Part shown: piece after piece, positions 13,200 to 21,360 of the stretch
Numbering within the stretch: position 1 is the stretch's first letter
Layout of the letters: the number at the start of each line of letters is the position of its first letter
Source: Terrimicrobiaceae bacterium
GTDB taxonomy: Bacteria; Verrucomicrobiota; Verrucomicrobiia; Chthoniobacterales; Terrimicrobiaceae
Assembly: GCA_044342325.1 (NCBI GenBank)
Contig: JBIIPZ010000043.1
Coordinates: 1-21,360 of the forward strand
Length of the DNA: 21,360 nucleotides
Direction of reading: 5' to 3'
The notes under the pieces: model-generated
The model's database searches: none
What the model saw: the letters and a program-made list of their open reading frames with translations, nothing else
Told to the model about the DNA's origin: nothing
Program-made: the position numbers and the translations under genes

Positions 13200-14291
13200 C
13201 TACCTCGGCAGGCAATCTTGAGCGCGCTGGCGCAGGGCGTGATCCACGAGCACCAGAGCGGTCATGGCCTCGACCATTACAACCGCACGCGGCAAGACGC
13301 AGGGGTCGTGGCGACCGCGCGCGGCGAGAGTGGACTCCTCGCCGGAGGTGGTGACAGTGGCCTGCGGTTTTGAAATGGTGGCGGTCGGTTTGAATGCGAC
13401 ACGGAACAGGAGCGGCTCGCCGTTGCTGATGCCGCCTTGCACGCCGCCCGAGCGGTTTGAAGTCGTATGAACTGCACCATCGCGGAGTGTGTAGGGATCG
13501 TTGTGTTCCAAGCCGGTGAGAAGCGTTCCTGCAAATCCGGAGCCCACTTCAAAGCCCTTCGTTGCCGGCAGGCTGAGCATGGCTTTTGCGAGATCCGCCT
13601 CGAGGCGATCGAAGACTGGCTCACCAAGCCCGACTGGCATCCCTCGCACAATAGCATCGATCAAACCTCCAACGCTGTTCCCCTCGCTGCGGATTTTTTT
13701 GATTCGCGCAATCATGGCCTCTGCCGCATGGGCGTCCGGGCAACGAACTGGGTTGGATTCAATGGATGCCATGGTCACAGAGGCGGTATCGACCTGCGAC
13801 TCGATATCATGGATGCGTGAAACCCAGGCGAGGATTTCAATTTCGGGAAAAAGAACCTTCAAAACCTTCTTGGCAACGGCAGCAGCGGCTACACGACCGA
13901 TGGTCTCCCTCGCCGAGGAGCGTCCCCCACCCTCCCAATTGCGGACTCCGTATTTCGACTGGTAGGTAAAATCAGCGTGCGACGGGCGGAAGTGCGTCTG
14001 CATCTCGCTGTAGGCCTCTGGGCGAGCGTCGGTGTTCGGAACAAAAATCGAGATCGGGGTTCCCAGAGTGACGCCGCGAAACACGCCGGAGAGGATCTTG
14101 CAAGTATCCTCCTCCTTTCGAGGAGTAACGATGTCGCTCTGCCCCGGGCGGCGTCGGTCGAGATCGGGCTGGATGTCTGCCTCGGCGAGCGGGAGGCGCG
14201 GAGGACATCCATCGATCACAACACCTACTCCACCGCCGTGCGACTCACCCCAAGTAGAGATACGAAATAAAGTTCCAAAATTGCTAGCCAT
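13200..14291 (-). CDS. aroC: Chorismate synthase
   Basis: [42 protein letters not shown]. Confidence 0.99.
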   Translation of the reverse strand: MASNFGTLFRISTWGESHGGGVGVVIDGCPPRLPLAEADIQPDLDRRRPGQSDIVTPRKEEDTCKILSGVFRGVTLGTPISIFVPNTDARPEAYSEMQTHFRPSHADFTYQSKYGVRNWEGGGRSSARETIGRVAAAAVAKKVLKVLFPEIEILAWVSRIHDIESQVDTASVTMASIESNPVRCPDAHAAEAMIARIKKIRSEGNSVGGLIDAIVRGMPVGLGEPVFDRLEADLAKAMLSLPATKGFEVGSGFAGTLLTGLEHNDPYTLRDGAVHTTSNRSGGVQGGISNGEPLLFRVAFKPTATISKPQATVTTSGEESTLAARGRHDPCVLPRAVVMVEAMTALVLVDHALRQRAQDCLPR

Positions 14292-14358
14292 CTTGCGCTA
14301 CAAAAAACCAGAAGGCAGGCGGGGGATCACGCGAATAATTGCAGGGGAGGATCGAAAG

Positions 14359-14434
14359 TGGGGTGATCGACGGGACTCGAACCCGCAACAGCCAGGACCA
14401 CAACCTGGAGCTCTGCCATTGAGCTACGACCACC
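14359..14434 (-). tRNA. tRNA-His(GTG)
   Basis: Cloverleaf GTGGTCG...CGATCAC with G-1, anticodon GTG, GGTTCGAGTCC T-arm and encoded CCA. Confidence 0.97.
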
Positions 14435-14497
14435 ATATTGAAACCCAAGGCGAGGGTTACATTGCAGGACAAAAAATCGATGGATGCGGGGATTTTG

Positions 14498-15235
14498 TCA
14501 ATGCAGATCTTGGCCTAAACACTGGCGCAAAATTTTCGCCAACTCAATCGCTGCCCACTGACCAGGCACATTGGGAGCGTGCAGCCAACCGTAATTCAAG
14601 ACGGACCCGCAATTTGCCAAAAGAACGCGAGAGGACATTCCAAGCGGCCCCATGCCCATGACTGCTAGTGGCAGTCGGGTGATGGAAAATAAATCCAGCA
14701 AGCGAGCGACATCAACTGGACTGGCCGTGTGGGCTGCGATTTTTACGGCGTCGGCGCCGCAGTCCTCAGCCTGCCGGATGACTTCCCTCAAGCGCGCAGA
14801 GGAAGGTGTTTTTTTGAAATCGTGGAATGAGGCGAGCACGGGCACTCGGGAGTCTTTGGCTTTTTGAACGACGCTCTGCAGGGAAACAAGCGAGCGCACT
14901 TCGATATCCACGATCGCAGCCACAGGAAGAAGTGATGAGAGCGCGTCTCGCCGAGCTGCGGATGACATCGAGTTTTTACCGCCTTCAATGGAGTGCCGTG
15001 CGGTGATGATCCATGGGAATTTGGCATTCGGGATCGCACGGCCAAGGCAATCGGCACGCCACTCGAGAAAATCGACCTCGCCATCAGGCAAGCGCGCCGC
15101 TTTGTGGGAGGCTTCGGGGGAATCCACAATCCCAACCACCGCTCCGGGCTTGAAGACCGAAACTATGGTGTTGCGTTTGGGCTTGGCACTCGTATCTGTT
15201 GCGAGTCGGCCAGTGCCGCGGGACTTGGTTGACAT
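14498..15235 (-). CDS. aroD: Type I 3-dehydroquinate dehydratase (start uncertain)
   Basis: DFLEWRAD, ITAR..IEGG, VDIE, ASFHDFKKTP, ADAVKIA, MGMGPLG..SR, PGQ. Confidence 0.9.
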   Translation of the reverse strand: MSTKSRGTGRLATDTSAKPKRNTIVSVFKPGAVVGIVDSPEASHKAARLPDGEVDFLEWRADCLGRAIPNAKFPWIITARHSIEGGKNSMSSAARRDALSSLLPVAAIVDIEVRSLVSLQSVVQKAKDSRVPVLASFHDFKKTPSSARLREVIRQAEDCGADAVKIAAHTASPVDVARLLDLFSITRLPLAVMGMGPLGMSSRVLLANCGSVLNYGWLHAPNVPGQWAAIELAKILRQCLGQDLH

Positions 15236-15244
15236 ATTCCCTTC

Positions 15245-16636
15245 ATGCTTGCTCAACGCAACGAAATCAATCTGCAACTCCTCAAGGTGTGCGACGCCGC
15301 TCTTCTCGGCCTCACATTCTGGTTCGCCCATTTTTTGCGTTACCACCGCGTGATTGTCTTGGACCGCATCGTCGAGATCGACCCATTCTCGAGCTTCGTA
15401 TGGATGCTTGCTGTCATAATACCCTTCGCGCCATTTTTCCTAGAGACGCAGGGCTTTTATAATCATCCGCAGGAGAAAACCGCATGGCGTTCCATGCAGA
15501 AGATTACCATGGCGGGAATATGGCTTTTCGTCCTTCTTGGCGCTGCTGTGATTTTCCTCAGGCTGGAGGTGCCCAGCCGCTCGGTGCTCATATTGTTCGC
15601 ATTGTTTGCGCCCTGTGTTTTGCTCCTGCGCGGGAAGTTGGAAATCGCGAACTACCATCGCAAAGTGCGGGCCGGAAAAGTCGGCGAGCGAATCATTCTG
15701 GCCGGCGAACCAGCCTGTATGGACTCAATGGTGGCAAGCCTCACACCAGTTCAAAAAATGGAGATGATCGTCGTAGATCGCATCGATCTCACTTCGGGAG
15801 CCATGGAAGACTTTGTTTCATCCCTTCACAAACACTCGGTGGGGCGAGTGATTCTCGCCTTCAAAAACATGGATTTGGGCAAAGCCCAAAGCGCCATCGA
15901 AGCCTGCGAAGCCGAGGGCGTCGACGCCTGGTTGAGCACGGAATTCATCCCGACATCGATTGCCAAGCCGGCTTTCTCCTCGCTTGGCATGCGCTCGATG
16001 CTCGTCTTTCGAAGCAAGCCTTCGGCCCAGTGGGGTCTCTTTTTTAAAAACCTCATCGACCGGGTTGGGGCTTTCATCGGTTTGGTTTTTCTTGCCCCAC
16101 TCCTGCTCTTAGTCGCCGCAGCTATCAAGATCACCTCACCGGGCCCGGCCTTGTTCCGGCAGTCCCGCGCCGGTCTTCACGGCGCACCATTTGAAATGTG
16201 GAAATTCCGCACCATGCACGCCGATGCGGAGCAGCAGAAAGCCGAACTACAGGCATTCAATGAAATGAAGGGGCCTGTTTTCAAAATGCAGGATGATCCA
16301 AGGATCACACCTCTTGGACGCTTCCTGCGCCACACAAGTATCGATGAGTTTCCGCAGCTTGTGAATGTGCTGCGCGGCCAGATGAGCCTCGTCGGCCCTC
16401 GTCCGCTGCCGATTTACGAAGTGGAAAAGTTTGAACAGACCGTCCATCGTCGCCGCCTCAGCATGAAGCCTGGACTGACCTGCCTGTGGCAAATCAGAGG
16501 CCGCAACACGGTGGTGGATTTTTCCGACTGGGTGCGGATGGACCTCGAATACATCGACAATTGGTCTCTCTTTCTCGACGCCTACATTATCTTGAGAACC
16601 ATTCCATCCGTGCTTCTGGGAATCGGGGCACGCTGA
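15245..16636 (+). CDS. Exopolysaccharide polyprenyl glycosylphosphotransferase (WcaJ/WbaP-like sugar transferase)
   Basis: N-terminal TMs; KFRTM, DDPRIT..GRFLR.TSIDEFPQLVNVLRGQMSLVGPRP, KPGLT..WQ, DLEYIDNWS. Confidence 0.95.
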   Translation: MLAQRNEINLQLLKVCDAALLGLTFWFAHFLRYHRVIVLDRIVEIDPFSSFVWMLAVIIPFAPFFLETQGFYNHPQEKTAWRSMQKITMAGIWLFVLLGAAVIFLRLEVPSRSVLILFALFAPCVLLLRGKLEIANYHRKVRAGKVGERIILAGEPACMDSMVASLTPVQKMEMIVVDRIDLTSGAMEDFVSSLHKHSVGRVILAFKNMDLGKAQSAIEACEAEGVDAWLSTEFIPTSIAKPAFSSLGMRSMLVFRSKPSAQWGLFFKNLIDRVGAFIGLVFLAPLLLLVAAAIKITSPGPALFRQSRAGLHGAPFEMWKFRTMHADAEQQKAELQAFNEMKGPVFKMQDDPRITPLGRFLRHTSIDEFPQLVNVLRGQMSLVGPRPLPIYEVEKFEQTVHRRRLSMKPGLTCLWQIRGRNTVVDFSDWVRMDLEYIDNWSLFLDAYIILRTIPSVLLGIGAR

Positions 16637-16640
16637 CGCC

Positions 16641-17411
16641 ATGAAAATTCCGCGCGAGCTTATGGACTGCGGAGCCGAGACGGCAATTGTGCTCGGCTCG
16701 GGCTTGGGCCTATTTGCAAACAGCCTTCCGGAGATTTTCTCGATTGAATACGGAGCAATCGAGGGCCTACCAACTTCTGGAGTCCCCGGTCACGCCGGGC
16801 GATTCCTTGTGACGAAACTTCACGGCCGCCCACTCCTGATCGCGCAGGGCCGAGTGCACCTTTATGAGGGATGGAGCGCTCAGGATGTCGTTAAAAACAT
16901 CCAACTCATGCATGCCATCGGAATCAAAAAACTCCTCCTCACGAATGCCGCCGGCACGATTAACAACGCCTTTGAACTTGGCACCTGGATGATGCTCAGC
17001 GACCACATCAACCTGCTCGGGGCCTCGCCTCTGCGGGGTGGGCCAAACTTCATCGACATGTCAGAAGTTTACAGCCTGCGCCTGCGCCGTGTATTTCAAG
17101 ATGTTGCCAAGGATGCCAGACTCCCCCTCCACGAAGGTGTTTACGCCGCCGTTCAGGGCCCGCAATTTGAAACTCCTGCCGAAATCCGCATGTTAAGGGC
17201 GATTGGTGCGGATGCGGTGGGGATGTCCACCGTTCCCGAAGCTATCCAAGCGCGTGCGCTCGGCATGGAGGTCGCGGGTTTTTCCTGCCTCACAAACTGG
17301 GCAGCCGGCCTATCCCCTGCCGCGCTTTCGCATGACGATGTGAGCACCGTCGGCAATGAAACTGCCGGACAACTGGTCGAACTGCTGCTTCGAGCTTTCC
17401 CACAAATTTAA
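16641..17411 (+). CDS. punA: Purine nucleoside phosphorylase (trimeric type)
   Basis: IVLGSGLG, VPGHAG, QGRVHLYEG, TNAAG, GPQFETPAE, GADAVGMSTVPE, TNWAAG. Confidence 0.95.
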   Translation: MKIPRELMDCGAETAIVLGSGLGLFANSLPEIFSIEYGAIEGLPTSGVPGHAGRFLVTKLHGRPLLIAQGRVHLYEGWSAQDVVKNIQLMHAIGIKKLLLTNAAGTINNAFELGTWMMLSDHINLLGASPLRGGPNFIDMSEVYSLRLRRVFQDVAKDARLPLHEGVYAAVQGPQFETPAEIRMLRAIGADAVGMSTVPEAIQARALGMEVAGFSCLTNWAAGLSPAALSHDDVSTVGNETAGQLVELLLRAFPQI

Positions 17412-17413
17412 AC

Positions 17414-20242
17414 TTACCGGCCAAGGATCGCCTGAAATTCGGGATCATTCCTCACAGTGTCAAACTCTGTGGATTTTGTGAAAGCCTCCCGCATGGGCAA
17501 CCCGCCTTTCTCAACGGCTGCGCGAGCCGCTGCAAAAAACTCCTCCTTCTTGCGATTGCGCAGAGCCGCGCGAGCGAGAGCAAGCTGGTTCTCTGCGACA
17601 TCGGGCTCCACAGCTACGAGAGCCTTTGCGGCAGCCAGCTCAGATTCGGGCAAACTGCCCGCTTCACCGTATTCCACAGCCACCCTTAAAAAGGCCGCAT
17701 CCTTTGCGAGCAGGGGGATGGAATTTCCCAGCAAATCGGAGACCTTGTTCGTATCCCCAACGGATGCGTAAAGTTCGAGAAGCTTCTGCACATCGGCCAC
17801 GCTTGCCGGCTGCTTGGCCACAGCATCCTCTCCGGCCGCGATAGAGCCTTGAAGCTCCTTTCGCTTCTCCGCGATGAAATACATCTGCCAGAGACCAATA
17901 TTGTTCGGATCCAAGTCAAGCGCTGGCTGCAGCATGGCCAGCACGCCATCGAAATCGCCACGATCCCAAAGCATGCTATTGAGGGCATTGAGGCTCTCGC
18001 CATTGCCCTGCCACAGTTCGAGCGCCTGCCTATAGGTCCGCTCAGCCTCGGCATCCATTTTGCGATGCCGGTAGAGATTTCCCGTCGAGGCCCGCAGCTT
18101 CGAGAACGAGCGCTGAGCATCGTAGTCTTTCGCGTATTCGGGATTGCCCTTGAGCTTCTTCACATAGGCATCCCAAAACTCAAAGTCCTTCCGCACAACA
18201 TCGGCAGGCAGTTCATTCAGAGGCTCTCTATTGATGCGATAGACCAGCCCATGCGGCTCGGCATGGTCATAGGACCACTCCATCGAAAAACTCTCCTCCA
18301 CAAAAAACTCATGCGCATCGCGATTTTTTTCCCAGATGAGCCTCGTCACTACGCTATGCGGCAATGATGGATCCACAGCCCCCTTCTCCATCGACGCCTC
18401 CATCTCTTTAGAAACGGCATCATTGATTTCCTGTTCCGTTGGAAAAACAAGCGGCTTCTCTGGATAAGCCTCCGCCCGTCCGAGCCAGCGTTCAAAGGCA
18501 TTCTTCGGCTGCGGCCGATCCGCGCCGTAATGATCCGCCAGATACTTCCGGTAGAGCGGCTCCCCCACCCCGTTTTGAGTGATGATATACAAATCCCGCC
18601 TGTCGAAGTCGGGATCGCGCTTTACGCCGGGAGGCTGCGTGCTTTCGCCCAGAATCATGTAGGTCGGCACGAAACGACCAGGATCTGTTCCACCCAGCAC
18701 CACACTTCCGCGCGGCAGGTCCTTCAACATATCATGCCCGAAATCCCAGCCGAACCACCGTCCACGCTGGCTGCATCCATCGTAGTTGAAAAACAAAGGC
18801 CAGAGTGGCAGTGCCAGCATTCCGTAGCGCATCCAAGCAAGCCTTGGCAGCCGCGAGCAGAACCACAACGCACCTGCCATGAAACCCAAGCCCGCAAGCA
18901 AAGCGAAAATGAGATTCGTGTAAGTGTGATACGGCATCTGCAGCCACCAACCACCCACATCCGTCTGTGCACCATCCGCCACCGGTTGCAAAATCGCTGC
19001 CAGCACAAATGCGATTTCGAGCACATAAATCCAAGTCCGGGCGGCAACATCCTTTAGCCGCAACACCACCAGCAACGCCGCGAAATACGCCAGCACTCCA
19101 AGCGGAGTGAAGCTCCGCCCCAGTTGGAGCCAGAAAAAGCCAACCCATTCCTGCAATTGCGCCAGCAGACCCTTTGCAGGCGGAGCCATGCCCGGCTGGG
19201 GCGCTCCATTTTGCGATGAGGAAACAGGCGCTGTTCCCATCAATTTTCCCAGCGAGCGAAGGCTCTGCTGCGTGAGACTGCCGCCATATTGCGAGCGGTT
19301 GAACGAAAAAAAGAACCCCTCCGCCGTGCTCGTGTAGGCCCAGTTCATCGGTGGATTCGTCGACGACGCAAGTGGCATGTAGGCATACGGCAGCAAGCCC
19401 AACGCCACCACAAAAGGCAGATACGCCACCAACCGCCACTCCACCCGCATCCGCCGCACCGCCACCAGCAAGGCAAAGCCAGCCATCACACAATAGAAAA
19501 ACCGGATCGCCGTCTTCAGCACAGGAGCCTCGCCCGAGAGAATCGCAAACCCCAAATAGGCCACCAGCACCGTCATTGCACCCGCCACGACCAAGTCCCA
19601 AAAAATCCCACGGCGAACGAGCAGCACCACCAAAAAAGGCAACGGAGCCAACGCCACGCTGAGCTGGTGATTACTGAACGACAACGCCAGCAGAAAAAAC
19701 GGCAGCATCAGCAGCCACAAACTCTCCGGGCGCCGCAACCATACATACAGCGAAGCCAGATAAAACCCGATCAGCAGCGCATGCAGCGTGTAAACTTCCG
19801 CGATCACCGCCTGCGACCACATCGAAGCGCTGAACGCAAAAAGCAAAGCCACCATCAGCGAAACCACCGCATTCAGTCCCCGCCAACGCGCCACCTGCAC
19901 GCCCATCATCCATCGCGTGGAACTCGAAAAAAGCATCGCCAACAGACCCGTTGCCAAAGCCCCGCAAAAGCCGCTGAACAGGTTGATCTCCCAAGCCGCA
20001 TTCCCAAATGGCAAAAGCTGGAAAAGCCATGCCAACAGCGTCCAGAGCGGATATCCCGTCGGATGCGGCACACCGAAATGCTGCGCCGCCACCACAAACT
20101 CCCCCGAGTCCAACAGCGTCACATTCGGAGCCGCTGTCCAAAAATAAACAACCCCCGCGACAAAGGCCGCGACGACTCCGACCATCCAATCCGCCCGCGT
20201 CCAAATTCGCTCCGCACGCGGCATCTCATCCATCTCACTCAT
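17414..20242 (-). CDS. DUF2723 (TMEM260-like putative glycosyltransferase) membrane protein with C-terminal TPR-like repeats
   Basis: APNVTLLDSGEF.......GVPHPTGYPLW, WSQAVIAEVY, NPPMNW, many TM segments. Confidence 0.88.
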   Translation of the reverse strand: MSEMDEMPRAERIWTRADWMVGVVAAFVAGVVYFWTAAPNVTLLDSGEFVVAAQHFGVPHPTGYPLWTLLAWLFQLLPFGNAAWEINLFSGFCGALATGLLAMLFSSSTRWMMGVQVARWRGLNAVVSLMVALLFAFSASMWSQAVIAEVYTLHALLIGFYLASLYVWLRRPESLWLLMLPFFLLALSFSNHQLSVALAPLPFLVVLLVRRGIFWDLVVAGAMTVLVAYLGFAILSGEAPVLKTAIRFFYCVMAGFALLVAVRRMRVEWRLVAYLPFVVALGLLPYAYMPLASSTNPPMNWAYTSTAEGFFFSFNRSQYGGSLTQQSLRSLGKLMGTAPVSSSQNGAPQPGMAPPAKGLLAQLQEWVGFFWLQLGRSFTPLGVLAYFAALLVVLRLKDVAARTWIYVLEIAFVLAAILQPVADGAQTDVGGWWLQMPYHTYTNLIFALLAGLGFMAGALWFCSRLPRLAWMRYGMLALPLWPLFFNYDGCSQRGRWFGWDFGHDMLKDLPRGSVVLGGTDPGRFVPTYMILGESTQPPGVKRDPDFDRRDLYIITQNGVGEPLYRKYLADHYGADRPQPKNAFERWLGRAEAYPEKPLVFPTEQEINDAVSKEMEASMEKGAVDPSLPHSVVTRLIWEKNRDAHEFFVEESFSMEWSYDHAEPHGLVYRINREPLNELPADVVRKDFEFWDAYVKKLKGNPEYAKDYDAQRSFSKLRASTGNLYRHRKMDAEAERTYRQALELWQGNGESLNALNSMLWDRGDFDGVLAMLQPALDLDPNNIGLWQMYFIAEKRKELQGSIAAGEDAVAKQPASVADVQKLLELYASVGDTNKVSDLLGNSIPLLAKDAAFLRVAVEYGEAGSLPESELAAAKALVAVEPDVAENQLALARAALRNRKKEEFFAAARAAVEKGGLPMREAFTKSTEFDTVRNDPEFQAILGR

Positions 20243-20359
20243 CCCGGCACCCTACCCAATCAAACGCTCCAAGCCACCGCGAAAATCGTGCCGCACTTGC
20301 CGCCACCGCCACCGCATGCTAACACATCTCCATCGGCCCTGCGCCGCCACACGCCAATT

Positions 20360-20432
20360 GCGCCCGTAGCTCAGTGGATAGAGCACCGGTCTTCTAAACC
20401 GATGGTCGCTGGTTCGATCCCAGCCGGGCGCG
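20360..20432 (+). tRNA. tRNA-Arg(TCT)
   Basis: GCGCCCG...CGGGCGC acceptor stem, anticodon loop CT-TCT-AA, GGTTCGATCCC; CCA not encoded. Confidence 0.95.
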
Positions 20433-20538
20433 CATCCTCTCAATCCCGTTTTAAAGCGCTCTGTGCGCGGTCTTCAGACCTCCACATCACCCCACTTCGG
20501 AAGCGAACGGCGGATTTCGGGTTTTTTTGAACCCCTTT

Positions 20539-20790
20539 TTACTGCTTAGCGTAATTGAGCATGAAATAAACCCCAGCCAGCACCAACCCGGTAATAGTTA
20601 TTCCAAGAGTAATGAGTTTTTGAGTCAGGCGATTTTCCAAATCGGAAATTTCTGCTCGAATCGTGTGGTCGAGGTATTCCTTGGTAACAAGGTCGCCCTC
20701 ACGCTCCTCAACCACAGTTACAATTGCTTCTGCTTGAGTTTCGCTGAGTCCCGCTTCGCGCAAGGATTTGAGACTGGCAATGGCGTTCAT
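20539..20790 (-). CDS. DUF1640/CCDC90-like small coiled-coil membrane protein
   Basis: LREAGLSETQAEAIV...DLVTKEYL...EISDLENRL plus a C-terminal TM helix. Confidence 0.75.
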   Translation of the reverse strand: MNAIASLKSLREAGLSETQAEAIVTVVEEREGDLVTKEYLDHTIRAEISDLENRLTQKLITLGITITGLVLAGVYFMLNYAKQ

Positions 20791-20893
20791 TCTGGAAAAA
20801 AGGTGCGCCGGAAATTTTCGCAAGTCAAGAAACTCTGCTTGTGAAAAGGGCGAATATTCCGAAACCGCCATAAGCCAACACGCAAATAAAAAA

Positions 20894-20965
20894 TGGGCAG
20901 TGAGGGGATCGAACCCCCGACCAATAGTGTGTAAAACTACCGCTCTACCGCTGAGCTAACTGCCC
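20894..20965 (-). tRNA. tRNA-Val(TAC)
   Basis: GGGCAGT...ACTGCCC acceptor stem, anticodon loop TT-TAC-AC, GGTTCGATCCC; CCA not encoded. Confidence 0.95.
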
Positions 20966-21360
20966 CGAAAAAAACAGCCGATAAACCAATTTCTGATTCG
21001 TTGATGGTAAAGTTTGAAACGCCCTACTGCAATATTTTTCGCTCCTAAAAACAACTCGGAGTGAATTTGGACCTCATGAACGTGACTGAGATGAGTCGAC
21101 CACTAAGTGAGAGATTTTCTCGCCTTGGCAAGAAGGAGGCTGATTGGAAGCAAAAGCCTTTTCTCAAAAGGATGCAGACTTTCCTCGATACCTTGCGAAG
21201 TCAAAGGGAAAAACCGAGAAAGGATAAAAAAGTTCTAAGTAACTCCACCCTCCAAGCAGCACGGGAGTGTAAAGATTCGTCTGTAAAAGTCCGCACGAGG
21301 CATTGGACAGCCGCACTGGCAACCGATGGAGCGTAGCGGAATCGGCTGCCAGTGCGGCGG

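Noticed and set aside
18900..20340. Strong C/A skew on the plus strand
   Set aside because: Explained by G/T-rich codons of the hydrophobic N-terminal half of the DUF2723 gene.
11044..20530. Long opposite-strand or alternate-frame ORFs (e.g. 11499-12377, 14032-14661, 18732-19601, 19289-20530)
   Set aside because: Shadows of GC-rich real genes or tRNAs, with no protein motifs.
20360..20965. Integrated element at tRNA-Arg or tRNA-Val
   Set aside because: No integrase and no duplicated tRNA 3' end seen; only one small gene lies between them.
21061..21336. 91-aa ORF at the right edge
   Set aside because: No recognisable motif or context; cannot be supported as a gene.

Overview
Bacterial window, probably Verrucomicrobiota (inferred from gene style only). 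The right part (~8.5-21 kb) is ordinary: wzm polysaccharide ABC permease, GbsR/MarR regulator, TVP38/TMEM64 protein, gatB, CvpA-like protein, aroC, tRNA-His, aroD, an undecaprenyl-phosphate sugar transferase, purine nucleoside phosphorylase, a DUF2723 membrane protein, tRNA-Arg, a DUF1640-like protein and tRNA-Val. The left ~8.5 kb lies directly downstream of wzm, where wzt should be. Instead it holds a co-oriented (minus-strand) array of small cargo genes: several toxin-antitoxin-type pairs, two ORF6N proteins, four-helix-bundle genes, a polyvalent-type kinase and a GIY-YIG nuclease. The cargo is punctuated by seven truncated copies of the wzt 5' end and one Walker-A fragment, from two Wzt subfamilies. 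The array also has strand-polarised 7-bp repeat tracts, many C-GNA-G triloop hairpins and a four-copy ~81-89 bp palindromic insertion element. No intact wzt, integrase or transposase is visible in the window. The layout suggests an integron-like cassette array that grows at the wzt start without attC sites; that mechanism is my inference.
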